A stretch of DNA of 64,000 nucleotides. It comes from Octopus vulgaris. Taxonomy: Eukaryota. This document shows, in pieces, positions 12,537-26,435 of this stretch. The first letter of the stretch is position 1, and each line of letters begins with the position of its first letter. The notes beneath the pieces are model-generated. The model saw nothing but the letters and a program-made list of their open reading frames with translations. It was not told the DNA's origin and did no database searches. The stretch lies in contig OX597839.1 in the NCBI GenBank assembly GCA_951406725.2, positions 11,098,001 to 11,162,000 of the forward strand, written 5' to 3'. The translations under genes and the position numbers were made by a program.

Positions 12537-12787
12537 TTAAACCTCAGCAGTGAAATTGGTAAACTGAAATCTTGTGGAAACTTTGTGTGTGTGTGTTTCT
12601 GTCTTTGTATTGCTAATATCAAGATTGCTATTAGACTATGGTTTCTTGCGTTTCTCATCCAGTCCAGGAATCAAACTCACAACTTCACAATTGTAAGCCT
12701 GATGCTCTAACCACTGAGCCATGGGCCTTCACACATACACACACACACTCATCTTAGTGGAACTTCACAAAAAGTACAATATTTTGA

Positions 12788-12863
12788 TGACTATTCAAAA
12801 TGTTGGTTCTATAATACTTATGATATGACTATTGAAAATGTTGGTTTTATAATACTTATGATA
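12788..12863. repeat. 38-bp tandem duplication
   Basis: TGACTATT(C/G)AAAATGTTGGTT(C/T)TATAATACTTATGATA twice. Confidence 0.9.
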
Positions 12864-13686
12864 TACTGTTGGTTATTGTAAAATGCTAGTGTCTAAGCAG
12901 GGAGAACTGTAAAGTATTAGTAGAGAGAGAGAGAGAGAGAGAGAACTGTGTGCATACAGAAAGGAAGAACTAAAATAAAAGAAAGGGATAACTAAAATAT
13001 TGGTGTATAGACAGGGAGGGAGAACTGTGAAATACTAATGTATTGACAGGAAATGGAAGAAGTGTGGGGCTTTTTATGTAGATAGCAGACTAGATTTTGT
13101 GCCAGACTTTGCTTTCGAAGTCTCCTTATGTAAAATAGTAAAATCTATAGAATAATAAAATAATGGTAAAAACTGCCAAATAACGATTCTATGTGTGTAT
13201 GTGTATATAATACATAGACACACACATATATATACATATATATATATAATTACATTATAATGAGATGAAAATGATGAGCAAATATTTCCTATTGAATACA
13301 GATTGCCGTTATTATTGAGTTTGAAGAATCGTTTTAGAGCTAATGGAAATATTCCATTTGATATCTTGATTGTAGGTTTGTGTCTTTGTGATTGGTAAAT
13401 GTCTAGAATTTTGTCTATTGATTCAATAGACGCTGTATTTTTGTAGGCCAATATTGGTAAAATTGTTCATTGTATATTGTTTGCCGGATAAATTCCGAAG
13501 GAGGGGGACGGTGAACAGGAAGAATAAACCAAAGAAGAAAACGATGATGATGATGATAGTTTGTATTTACTTGTACAATAAGCATAATCAATTTAGAGGT
13601 CTGTTTTTGAAAATCTCTGTTGATATTATTATTATTATTATTATTATCTATCTCTGCTAATTTATTTAACATATTCAAAAGTTGCC

Positions 13687-13727
<41 letters not shown>

Positions 13728-14530
13728 TAAATATTATCATTTAATGATGATGATGATGATGATGGCAACAGCAGTTTTGTATTCTTTTTTTATATATAAA
13801 ATAAATGTTTACAATAATTTTTATTTTATGAATTTATTTTTTTTGCTGTCTGTTTTTAATTTTCTCTCTCTTTGTCAGCTTTTTTTTTTTTTTGCTTTTC
13901 CACTTCCCCCTCCCTATATTTCACTCTTTCTCTCTCTCTCTCTTTACTTCTTTCTCCTTGCCACACTTTCTTTGTCCCTCTATTTCTTACTGCTTTTCTG
14001 ATTCATCCCCCCTCTCTTTCTCTCTCCCTACCTATTTTTCACTCTACTGATATTCTCTCCCTCTCCCTCACACCATTTTCAATTTCTCTTCAAAAATTTA
14101 CAAAAAAAACCGCCCCACATTCCTCCATCTGTGAGTTAAAAAAGTTTTTTACAAATTCTTAGTTACATCTGCTTTGGTATTTAGACAGCTACCACACAGA
14201 GCAGACCCATCAAACCCACACCTGCATGACATAAAACTGGTGATGCTAATGGGCACATTATCGTTAATTCAGTTTATACAGACTGCTTCTGGAAACTAAT
14301 TTTCACTCATTGTTGGATGTTGGGTAGGTAGGGTCTTTTGTTTTCCCTGATAATTACTGTAAGAAAAATCATAATTCATATAAACATCGGTAAAAGAGGG
14401 AGAAGTTGGAGATAGGGAACTCACACTGCAATCATTCTATTTTCTTTCTTCATCATAGAATAGAGAAGAGCAGGAGGGGCAGTAATGTTGTTCATAACGT
14501 GTAGTGGCAGTGGTGGTATTCAGATTTTAA

Positions 14531-14766
14531 TGATGGCATGTAAATAGCACCATCCGATCGTGGCCGTTTGCCAGCCTCGTCTGGCACATAAAAGCACCCA
14601 CTACACTCACGGAGTGGTTGGCGTTAGGAAGGGCATCCAGCCGTAGAAACATTGCCAGGTCAGACTGGGCCTGGTGCAGCTTTCTGGCTTCCCAGACCCC
14701 AGTTGATCTGTCCAACCCATGCTAGCATGGAAAGCGGACACTAAACAATGATGATGATGATGATGA
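14531..14766 (+). mobile_element. Family C retroposon
   Basis: Same motifs as 11933-12178 on plus strand, ends in (ATG)n. Confidence 0.85.
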
Positions 14767-15204
14767 AGGAGGTAAACATGATAGCTAGCATTCCGGTGGA
14801 ATTGTTGCTGTTCAGACCTATGATCAAAAGTGTTCCATTGTGACCATCCTGTTTATTTTGGGTTAGTCTGTCTAAGACTGCACTGCAGAATGTGTTGTAG
14901 ATTTTCATCAGAAGGTAGGGGCTGGTTTAAGGAAGATTTGATTGCTGCCTAGAGTAAACTGACAGCAAAGAGGGGCCACTCAGGTAGAATTGGCTAAGGA
15001 TTATTGGCTGGATGAAACTGTGCATATATAAATATATGTATGTATTTATGGTGGTGGTAGGGGAAAGGTTATGCCTGCTTTTCCATGCTGGTATGGGTTG
15101 AAGAGTCACTAATTACAATGTGTAGGGACATGGCACACCTTTTCCAAATCTGGAATAAACATTATATGTAATGAGCATTGTGGGTATATTACAAGAGAGA
15201 ATGA

Positions 15205-15385
15205 TATTGACAACTGGTGTTGGTGTGTTTACATCCCTGTAATTAGCAGTTCTGCAAAAGAGAACAATAGAATAGATACTAGGCTTAAAAAGTAAGTCCT
15301 GGGGTTAATATGTTCAACAGAAACCCTTCAAGGTGGTGCTCCAGCATGGCCATAGTCAAATGACTGAAACAAGTAGCATCATAAA
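15205..15385 (+). mobile_element. SINE family A, 3' half
   Basis: GGTGCTCCAGCATGGCC...CAAATGACTGAAACAAGTA tail. Confidence 0.75.
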
Positions 15386-15865
15386 AGCAAGGAAGCAAGA
15401 AGGGAAGAACGAAAAGAAATACGTACAGGTCTCCTTCACTGGAAGATTACAATAAATTTAGAAATTTGATGCAGGTTTGATAGTGGTTAGCATTGGTGTA
15501 AGATTAATGTGTTTACTGTGTGGAAGAGGCTGCTGCTAAAGGTGTTCTGTGGAGTGTTGTCATGAGTTTAAACACAGTCTGATAAATGAGATGTAGTGAG
15601 GTGAGAGATGTGACTGCAGGCTTTACTTTTAATCTATGGAATTTCTTAAGTCTCTCTTGTAATTGACTATCGAAATTCATAGGTCTCGAAGAAAATAAAT
15701 CACACAAACACGTGTATGTGTATGCATATATATTTAATACATAAATGTATATATTCGTTTGTGTTTGTGTATGTATGTATGTGTGTGTGTATGTACGTGT
15801 GTGTATGTACACATAGATATGTGAGTGTATATACAAAATGTATAAGGTGGCCATATGTATATAGT

Positions 15866-15905
<40 letters not shown>

Positions 15906-17159
15906 CTGTTGAATGTAGCACTGAGCCTAGTTATGTTTAGCAATAGCCACTTAGACCAAGCTAGGTGGGCTCTACTATTATGAGTTAAGTATCTTGACCC
16001 ATGGTCATAATGGTGTCGTCAGTGAAAGGATATGAACTACTGATCTCTCTCTCTCTCTCTCCCTCTCTCTCCCTCTCTCTCTCTCTCGCACACACACACA
16101 CCAATACTCAACAACTACTTCCATGTACACTGTTTCATACATACACATATATACACTGCTGTACTGCCACATGCAATCATCTATACTCTCATACATGCCT
16201 GAATACATACACCTGTTCTTTCACACGTACGCACATACCACTCCTCTGTACTTTCATAGACAGACAAACTATCATCAGGCACATACACATGCGCCCTGCA
16301 TTCTCATGTGCACTCACACAGCATTCATCTGTACTCTTCATATACACACCTGTCCTTGCATGCAGAAGTGTTTAAACAGTTTGAAGGAAATGTTGCAGTG
16401 TCCACCTCTAATAGGAAACACACACACACACAGAGGCTTGTGCATGCTTTCAGCTTTCGTACTACTATTACTTTCACTATTACTTTCACTATGACAGCAG
16501 AAGGATTTCTGCCTTGCAGTTAATGTATAGCACCCATAGAGTGTGAGATTTTAGTTATTTACTGCCTGTGTCTTCTTCCTCCAATCAAACCTCTCTTAAC
16601 ACCAGCTCAATGCATGTCTGTGTCTGATTGGCTCTTTATATAATGATGACCAAACCAGTGTCAGTCCTAATCCTGTAGGCCTGTGATCGAAAACGTTCCT
16701 ACACTGACCATCATGTCTTTTATTTTTTTATACACAGAACACCTGGAACTACATGATTAATGTGTCCTTCATCTTTTCAAGGTGTGATTTGAGAGAGATT
16801 TTGCTTCTGTTTCTAGCAGGTCAAGCAACCGTTAAAAGATCCCTTATTGGTTTGTTGTGGCAAGTGTGAAAAGAGTATCAAAGTGCATTGTTGTACCAAT
16901 GTGGTCGTGTCATTGATAAATGATGTTCCATCCTCATTCTCCCATTTTGTTTAAGATTAGATGGTGCAGTTTGAGGCAAATTTTGGCTGTTATAACTAGC
17001 ATATAAAGCAAATAAATAAAGGTTACCTTGTTAGTTTGTAATTGAGCAGTTCTTAGGTCATAGTAGAATATATATTTTTTTACTTCCCGGTTTCTCTCTG
17101 TTTGGCATTATGGTATAGTTATTCTAGACATTAAAATACACACACACACACACTGATGC

Positions 17160-17420
17160 CAGGTATTCGTGTCAACCATCTCTTTGACCAGCTATGTTGA
17201 TCTTGATCTTTCTCTTCTTTTAGCTCCTGGATATCGGTGTGCTGTCTTCCATAATATTCTATCTCACTGGCTATGTAGAACATGTCCAAACCACCATCTC
17301 CAGCTGTTTCTCACAAGCCACTCATCGATATAGATAATTTTGGTGACCTCTTGTTCTTTTATTCTGTCATTCCTTTGTACTGTTTTGCTATCTGATGCCT
17401 GAAATTCTCTCTGTCTCTTT
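17160..17420 (-). pseudogene. Decayed RTE-like LINE ORF fragment
   Basis: Minus strand encodes WRWWFGHVL, resembling the RW-x-GHV motif of the RTE C-terminal region; broken frame. Confidence 0.45.
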
Positions 17421-17503
17421 GTTCTTTAAAATACAGAGAAACACCACGAATATGGTTTCTGGACTGTGCTCTGCACACCATCACTGATCTAACCAATGAA
17501 ACG

Positions 17504-17670
17504 TGACCTTATCTTTAGAGATGAAAAGTTTATTCAATATTTACATCTACACAATGTTTAGACGATTTTGATCATTGATTGTCATCAGGTGTCTTATTCC
17601 TTATTAAACCAATCGAAACATAATGTAGATGTAAATATTAAAAAGCGTTTCATCTCCAAAGATGAGGTCA
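17504..17670. repeat. About 55-bp imperfect inverted repeat with degenerate hammerhead-like motif on minus strand
   Basis: Arms about 17504-17559 and 17615-17670; minus 17593->17548 reads GACAC-CTGATGA-...ATCGTC-TAAAC-ATT-GTGT. Confidence 0.7.
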
Positions 17671-18000
17671 ATAGTCTGACACATTAGATAATCTTATTAA
17701 CAATATATTTGTCTCAGATATTTAGTTAGATGTGTTGCATTCACTCTGTTTCATTTATTTGCTAATATTTATACATTTATTAGGTAAAACATTACTTGAC
17801 AGATTTTGAGGTAGATGGATATCAGTGACTAGTGGCTGGGTGGATGTACATATAAAAGTCTTTGACACCTTGCAATTATATAGTGTTACAATAAATCAGA
17901 GGGGTCTCGACCTTTTGTAGCTAACGACTCTTTTCCATCAAATGGTGTTTTACAAATACCCTCTCTTCAGCTTTTGGCAATCAAATAATGATTTTAATAA

Positions 18001-18418
18001 TCCTTTCTACTATAGGCACAAGACTTGATATTTGTGGGGAGGGGATAGACAGTTACATTGACCTCAGTGCTCAGCTGGTCCTTATTTCATCAACCCTGAA
18101 AGAATGAAAGATAAAGTCGCCCTCAGTTTAATTTGGAATTGGAATGTAAAGACGACAAAATGTTGTTAAGGATTTTGTTTAGCATGCTAATGGGTCTACC
18201 AGGTTATTACCTTAATGATAGTAATAATGATCCTTTTTACTAATGGCTTGAGGCCTGAAACCTTGGGCGAGGGGCTAGTCAGTTACATCAACCCCAGTGT
18301 TCAAAGGCTAAAAGGTAAAGTCAATCTTGTTGGAATTTGAACTTGCAATGAAAAGGTGGACAAAATGCTGCTAAACATGTAGTCCAGCTTGCTAACAAGT
18401 TTGCCAGCTCACCACCTC
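18001..18418 (-). mobile_element. Two head-to-tail diverged SINE B2 copies
   Basis: Each shows AAAG(G)TAAAGTC, ATTTG(G)AA and GCTAA...CCAG..CC motifs of family B, with AGGCACAAG-type tail. Confidence 0.7.
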
Positions 18419-18459
18419 AATAATAATAATAATAATGATGATGATAATAATAATAATTA

Positions 18460-18735
18460 ATTCGTTTATTGGCCACAAGGGCTAACAAAAATCAATTAAA
18501 ACATAAAGGGACAAAACACAGGACGAAAGTTACAAAGGGTTTTGTCCGTTTGAAAAAGGTCCGTATACAAAAGCAGGATAACAACAAAATGTAAGTAACA
18601 ATTAAAACTCCCAATAAGGGGAGGTGCTTCGAAAGGTTACTCGTGAAAAAACCCATAAAAGCCACGGGAGCCTGGTCAAAATTGGGGCAGAGAGCCCTTT
18701 TCTCCTTTTATATTTCCTTTTAATTTTCACAGGTG
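18460..18735 (-). mobile_element. Probable LINE 3' UTR fragment inserted in (AAT)n, sharing terminal sequence with SINE B
   Basis: Minus strand ends TTAGCCCTTGTGGCCAATAAACGAA versus SINE B TTAGCCCCTTGTGGGCAATAAAGAA; (AAT)n on both sides. Confidence 0.6.
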
Positions 18736-19940
18736 TAATAATAATAATAATATTAATAATACGCAGATTAGTTTAATGAAACAGAAGCTAATTTAGCATA
18801 ATGGCTCCTTCCAGCATGTTGTTCCTCTTTTTAAATATTTACATGGAATAGTGCTCCCTAAGTTACATTTTTATGGAATTTACTGAAGAAAGTGGTGATT
18901 TATATAATAAAATTACATTCATCCTTGGCTCAACATTAGTCCTGTTTCTCTAATCATTGATATTTGTATTTTATTCTTGACAAAGAATTTTTAAAAAATT
19001 CATGTTTAGTTTTGAAAATGTGTTTGAAATATAATTATTGTATTCAGTTCAAATATTTTATTTCTAAGAGAAACCGTGACCCCTCCAAACACAGTGCTCC
19101 CTTGACATTTACTGCTTCTTTATGAGCTCACAACACTTCCATGGGGTGCTACCATCCAAATTAAAAATGAAGTAAAAAAAAAACGTGTTCTTTAATTATA
19201 ACAACACTAATTATAAATATTTAATTATAATAACACTAACATGATCTGTAACAAATCCATACATGTATAGACAAAAGCCTATGGAGATAAACCTTATATT
19301 GTTACTATGGAAACATAACTTTATATATATATATATATATATATAATGTTACTGCTATGGGAATTTACCTTATGTATATATTGTTACTATGGGAATTTAA
19401 TTTATAATATGTATTATTATGATGGAAAAAATATAAGTAATAGTACTACAGTATATATATGTTTTTAATAGTTACAATATCTTGACTTTACTCCAAGATG
19501 CAAATGTTATTAAAGCTTAACGAGATATTTATTCTTCCTTGTTAATTGCCATCACGTCTTCATGGTTGATGTCCTCAAAGAATCAGAGTGTGTCTGTGGT
19601 GTGCAAAAATAGACAAGAACATTTCTGTAGCTAATTCTAGGGAGTGTATATTGAGTAATATGTGTTTGAAACACTTTAACACTATTCCATTTATTTCACA
19701 TTCTCTGCACTATTTACATAACCATTATTAGATTGACATTTAAGCATATGGCATCTCTTCCCATAAAACAGTGTTCTAGTTTTTTTTTTTTTACCTTATT
19801 TTATTAATAATGTTTGACTTAACCCTGGTTCAGGTTTTACACCACTGGAGCATCACAGTCAAAGGAAAACTATTAATAATATTCATTATTATTAAGATTT
19901 ACAAAACCTTAAAATTTATCATTTCTGTTTTATTTTCCAT

Positions 19941-20306
19941 CTTTTTTACTTGTTTCGGTCATTAGGCTGTGGCCATGCTGGGACACCACTTTGAAGAGCT
20001 TTTTCAGTCAAACGAATCAACCCCCACTACTTATTTTCTTAAGCCTGGTACCTATATTATCAGTCTTGTTTGCCAAACCACTAAGTTACAGAGAAGTAAA
20101 TACACCAGCACCAGTTGTCAAGTAATGGTGGCAGACAAAGACACACACACACAGAGGCTTCTTCCAGTTTCCACCTGAAAATTCACTCAAAAGGCTTTGG
20201 TCGGCCCTAGGCTATAGTAGGAGACATTTGTCCAAGGTGCCATGCAGTGGGACTGAACCCGGAACCATGTGGTTGAGAAGCAAGTTTTGTACCACACAGC
20301 CATGCC
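19941..20306 (-). mobile_element. SINE family A
   Basis: Reverse complement similarity to 445-834. Confidence 0.85.
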
Positions 20307-20532
20307 TTATAGATTGCTTCTTCACAAAGCAGGGGATTTTTTTAATGGGTAAATTAGTTGAGTAAATTAACTTTGCCAATTCTCTGAACTCAGATTGAAA
20401 GCTCCACCCTGTTTTCTAGTATGACTTTTACAATTTAGGTTAGCATCAAAGGAAGCACTACTTGTCTGGATCAGTCGTCTTGTTTGCACACTCCTGGTTA
20501 TGTCCTAAAGCAAAAACAAGGCTTTATCATAA

Positions 20533-20690
20533 GTATGGCTGTATGGCTAAGAAGCTTCTTTTACAATGTGATTTTGGATTCACCCCAACTGAGCAGCATC
20601 TTAGTCAAGTACCTTCTACTATAGGCTTAGGGGTCAACAAAAGCCCTGTGGATTAAAATTTGGTAAAAGGAAACTGCAGAAGCCCGTTAG
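20533..20690 (+). mobile_element. SINE family A, diverged 5' half
   Basis: TGGCTGTATGG head, CTTCTACTATAG, GGAAACTGCAGAAGCCCG. Confidence 0.6.
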
Positions 20691-22176
20691 AGAGACTGAT
20701 CTTGTTTCTGTATGGCATACATTTAATGTATTTCCCTGTTTTTAATACTACCACCTGATCCAATAGCTAGGTCTCCTATCTGGATACAACTTCTTCCCCA
20801 TCAGAATGGAGGTCCTAAAAAAAAGGATTCTGGGTGCTGCTGCCTTTCTACTACTGATTAAACCACCAATCCTTTTGATACCAACCCACATGAAACTGTG
20901 CCTTGTTCTGTGATACAACTCTTCCATTTTAAAGTATTTCAGACAGTAGCTTAATAATAACGGTTATTTTTAACAGAATCTTTTGTTCTTTTCACAATGA
21001 ATTGAAACCATGGTAATCTTATTTCAAAGGGGTTAAAATATCGAGATGAACCTTTGGGAACTATTCTGTCCTGTCATTTCAGACGTAGTTTATATGTGAC
21101 TACATTGTGAAATATGTACTTTTAAACATGGTATGATGTGATTTAAGGGACATTTCAGCTACTATTTCTAACATGTTCAGTGATTAGTTAGAGGCTTGAG
21201 TTCTTAATAATTGTATACATTAGCCATTTGAGGTCTAGTAGAAACATTTTTGGTATCAAGTTTAGTGCTTTTGTTATTAATGGTATGGCACACTTGTCTT
21301 TCTTCATATTCTTGGGAGGTCTAACCTAACTTCTGATTTCTTACACATTTTCTCAGATTCTTCTGAGGCAACATTTTGCTTTCCAGGTGTCAAATAATTA
21401 ATTATATTGTAATTTCCAGTTGTAGTAATTAGTATTAATTACGAGCATTCATTTGGCAACCACATCATTGCGTCTTCTCCGTCTATTTGGTTATTAACCA
21501 TTTGATGACCATATTCCTATTGATATATTCTGCCTTTTGTGATTCAATTGATTCTGAAAATAATCTAGAATTTAGAGCATTATTTCCTGACTGGCTCCCC
21601 TAAAACTCTAGGGTTCTACAAGAGGTCACTAGGGGTTCTTTAAGAAATAGTAATAAACAAGTTAGTTATATGCAAATGATTCTTTGTGCTGCTTGTGTAT
21701 TTATTTCATTAAACTTGCACAACATATTGCTTAAAGTAGTGAAATCTTGAGAAAGACAATTTTATGATTTGTTTAATGTCTTATAAAATTTAACTTTATG
21801 AAAGAGAAAAAAAGACTAGTAAAGGCATATAATTTTTATGTAGGAATTGAGTCAGGGAATGTGTTACATGGGTTCCTCAGTGCTGATTTACAGGCAAATA
21901 ATTATCTTTGACATTAAGCCGATGTTAACAAAAGGTTTTTTTAATGTATATATGATGGTAGGTTTGAAATGAAATATGAACAGTTTAAATTAGGAGGTTT
22001 TGTATCACACAACCGGAAGCCGTCTCAGACCAGTTAATTTATTGAAAGGGCTAAATTCTCATGAGACTTTTTTCCTTGTTTACTTTCCAGTGGTCTTTTC
22101 ACCACACATAGTATCACTTACCAAAGACTAAAAAATCTGCATTTTTCTGGCTTCCATTTTAATCATAGCAACATTT

Positions 22177-22595
22177 CGGATCTTTTCGGTTTGAACGGCA
22201 GTTTTTTCTAGTGGTGTCATATGAAATTGTCACCCATAATTATGACCCTAGAATCGATCTATTGCATTTCAATCTCTTTTAGGGTTGAGGTTAGGGGTGG
22301 GGGAAGGGTATCTTTTTTTCTTCAGAAATGTAAATAAACCCAATCTGTTTCTTAAACGAGGGACATATTCATATGGCACAGAATGCTTTTTAACTCAATA
22401 GACGTCATTGATTGGTTGAAATTGCAGAAATTGAAGGAAAAAAAACCAACAAATATCTTACAATCTATAGAATTTTCTCAATAAAGCCAAGAGAAAAAGA
22501 TGTTTTATAAACACATTCTACCAGTATACGCAGTTTCAAATGTTTGAATTACCTAGAAATTATGTTAAAAACTGCCATTCAAACCGAAAAGAGCC
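22177..22595 (+). mobile_element. Family M TIR element, full length
   Basis: TIR CGGATCTTTTCGGTTTGAACGGCAGTTTTT / AAAAACTGCCATTCAAACCGAAAAGAGCC; flanking AACATTT at 22170-22176 and 22596-22602. Confidence 0.92.
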
Positions 22596-23075
22596 AACAT
22601 TTCTAATCCTTCTGGATTGGTTTAGTATGTGTGTGTTGGGTGAGGGTTTCTGCAACGTTTGTTTTCTCTGTACGAAGTCCATATAACTTAGTTACTCTTA
22701 CAAGTAAATTACATGTATCTGTAAATTTGTGTTGAAATGTTTGATCTTTGATTGTTACAAAATAGCTCTTTTCTCTATTTCTTTCTTCAAATCTTTGTGC
22801 AATCAACTCCAGTATTCTCATCTTAAAATACTTTGTGGTGTGTGTGTGTGTGTGTGTGTGTATACATTCATATATGCAAATATTAAGGTTTGTTTTTTAG
22901 TTCAATTATGATAAAAATTTTTACAGTAATCCGGTGGGTGATTCTATACTTTTGTAGAGTACATACTTATTACTCTTATAGGAAGAATGTTGTTGACAGT
23001 GACTTTGAAGTTTCAGCCTACTAAGCCATCGTTGCACAGTCCAATGATGGCTTAGCTGCCCAAAACTTTACAGTC

Positions 23076-23480
23076 ACTCTTTAACTTGTTTCAGTCATTT
23101 GACTGTGGCCATGCTGGAGCACCGCCTTTAATCAAGCAAATCGACCCCAGGACTTATTCTTTGTAAGCCTAGTACTTATTCTATCAGTCTCTTTGCCAAA
23201 CCGCTAAGTTACGGGGATGTAAACATACCAGCGTCGGTTGTCAAGCGATGTTGGAGGGGGGGACAAACACAGACACACAAACATATACACACACACACAT
23301 ACATATATTCATATATATGACAGGCTTCTTTCAGTTTCCGTCCACCAGATCCACTCACAAGGCTTTGGTCGGCCCGCGGCTATAGTAGAAGACACTTGCC
23401 CAAGGTGTCACGCAGTGGGACTAAACCCAGAACCATGTGGTTGGTAAGCAAGCTACTTACCACACACCCAATCCTATGCC
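23076..23480 (-). mobile_element. SINE family A, full length
   Basis: Reverse complement of 445-834. Confidence 0.9.
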
Positions 23481-23507
23481 TATATCCTTGTATAAGAATA
23501 ATAAATA

Positions 23508-23580
<73 letters not shown>

Positions 23581-24303
23581 TCTAACATTGTCGTTGTTTC
23601 CATTTAACAGTTCTCTTTTTTTAAATCTTGGTAATATTGTACTTGATTCAAACTTCATCATCGTCATTAATGTGTTATTATTGGCAGCATTAGACAAAGT
23701 GTCTTGCTGTATTTTATGTCTTTTTTTCTTCTTCTTAGTGTGTCAGTTCAGATTGCATTAAGGTCATCTTTGACTTCCCACTTTCCAGTTTCTATAAAAT
23801 ATATACCAGAGATATATTGAGGGTGTTGATCTAATTGACCGTTCCCTCTCTTAACATCTACGCCCCCGCTGTACCCACTTCAGAAATTACTGTTATAATA
23901 ACCAAGAAAGATGTGGCAATTTTTTTCTTAATACATAATTCTCTAGCATATTCTCAATTGGAATTAGAGTTTGCTTCTTTTAAAAAGAAGTTTATGGTAA
24001 CAGTGCAGAGATACATATGTATGTAAGGGTGTGCATGCGTATTCACTTAATTATGTTGGTAATTAAGTGTAATGAATGGAAATGGTTTGTAATAAAGTAG
24101 CAAATATGTGAAACAGTAACATAACAGTTATTGTTACAAAGAGGCAACAACAACATATTTTTTTTTTGTCTGGCTTTAAATTAGCTTTCATAATGTTTAA
24201 TTTCATTTTATGTCTCTTCTAAATATAAATTTAAGATTCTCCTGGTTACAGGCTACAAGCTAAAATGTCTCACAGCCAGTGTTATTAAATATTTCAATGT
24301 ATG

Positions 24304-24335
<32 letters not shown>

Positions 24336-26016
24336 CATGCATATATGTATGTATATGTACATTGTGTGTGTTTGTATAAATGTATATATACACATATATG
24401 TACATATATAAATATATAATGGACTGTCAAAAGGGGATAAGGGCTGAATTTTGTCCTTGTATTCAAAGTAGACAGCATGGTGATGGTGGTGGGTGTGTGG
24501 GGTGTCGTTGCCATTCTTGTTGTGGTGGCGGTAGTTGTTTTCTATTGTCCTTTTAGAGCAATCATTAAAATAACTCTTGATATTTATCTTTAATTATCAG
24601 AAAAAGAGAAATATTAATCTAATTTCTGATATGCCACAAATAACAATAAACTTCACATCAACATGTTCCTCCTACACCAGTTGTTATCTGTTCGGCTTTC
24701 CATAAATTTTATCATAAATTAGATGCTTCCCACTGACTTAAAAATGAGGCAATCTTTGATAAAGAAACCCCCCCTACCTTCCCACCAGCACTCAACCCCT
24801 GCTCCAATGCATACTTCATCATGCGCTCCATCCTACCAGTCTCCTAAACACTTCCTCCCCTGCATCAACGTCGTCGAGCAGAGTTGTGTTTTTAGTGAAA
24901 TGTTGCTGATAAAATTATTAAAATGAGCTTTCATTGGGTCTGAAGTACTTTCTTCCCTCGCTCGCTGATCATTTCATATATCATTTGATTGTGGAATTAA
25001 ATTTCTACACTTCTTTATTTTATTCTTTTCATAACGGAGCCTCTTTAATTATACACAGACTTCGTGAAATATTATTACATGAAATTTGTCACAATAGCTT
25101 TTAAATCAATTTCAAAATGTTGTGCACTGTTTCCTTTTTGTGTGAATTAGTTTTAAATGTAATTTGCTAGAGATGTATGTACATACATACATGCATGCAA
25201 TCTCACTTTAATTGGTATATAATTTGTAAACAATACTCGTTACGCGTCTAGCATGCATATGCTCGTGTGTATATGCGTGTGTATGTGAAATGGATATGTA
25301 TGATATATTCAAACATATGTTGAATTAATTGGTGTACATTATTAAACAATATTCATGTATATCACAAGTGTATATATATATTCCTTTGATATATCTATAT
25401 CATATGTAGATGTGTCTGCGCATGTGTGTGTATATGTACACATGTATTCAAACACACATATTACTGGAGTGTATATATTTCTGATATATGATAGGAATAT
25501 ATGTACTCCTGTAGTTTTCTTACCAATTTTATCTTCTACTGACATTTATAGAGGAATGTTATTGATGCACGTACACACACACACACACACACACAGCATA
25601 CTGAATGCAAAGTATATTATCTGCTTAGAATGGAATGCTGATATCAGTTTTCTGATTTCTTATAATAATAATAATGATAATAATAATAATAATAATATAA
25701 TAATAATAATAATAATAATGATACAACAGTTATAAAATAATTCTCTTAATAATTGCATTAGCAAATTGTTTTCACTCAACTCATAATTGATGTTCTCCAT
25801 TAATTTGTGATATGTCATCGCTAATTCACAATAACCATGTATTAAATATTTAAATGCTATAGAACATTGGAGTAGACAAGTGCAACTCTTGATGTTTGTT
25901 TCAGCTTCTATTTAATGCTTTGTTCCTGTCGAACAATGAATGGGCTAAGTTGTTGATAGTAGGTTAGTATTGGACTACTGGCTCGGAGGTCTTCAGTTGA
26001 GTGATATATATATATG

Positions 26017-26050
<34 letters not shown>

Positions 26051-26080
26051 CATGTATATGTCTTTTTTTTTAGTCTTTTA

Positions 26081-26435
26081 GTCTTTTACTTGTTTCAGTC
26101 ATTTGACTGTGGCCATGCTGGAGCACCGCCTTTAGTCAAGCACATTGACCCCAGGACATTTTCTTTGTAAGCCTAGTACTTATTCTATCGATTTTCTTTT
26201 GCCGAACCGCTAGGTTATGGAGATGTAAACACACCAGCATCGGTTGTCAAGCGATGTTGGGATATATATATATATATATATACATACGATGGGCTTCTTT
26301 CAGTTTCCGTCTACCAAATCCACTCACAAGGCTTTGGTTTGCTCGAGGCTATTGTAGAAGACACTTGCCCAAGGTGCCATGCAGTGGGACTGAACCCGGA
26401 ACCATGTAGTTTGTAAGCAAGCTACTTACCACACT
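26081..26435 (-). mobile_element. SINE family A
   Basis: Reverse complement of 445-834, small internal deletion. Confidence 0.9.
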
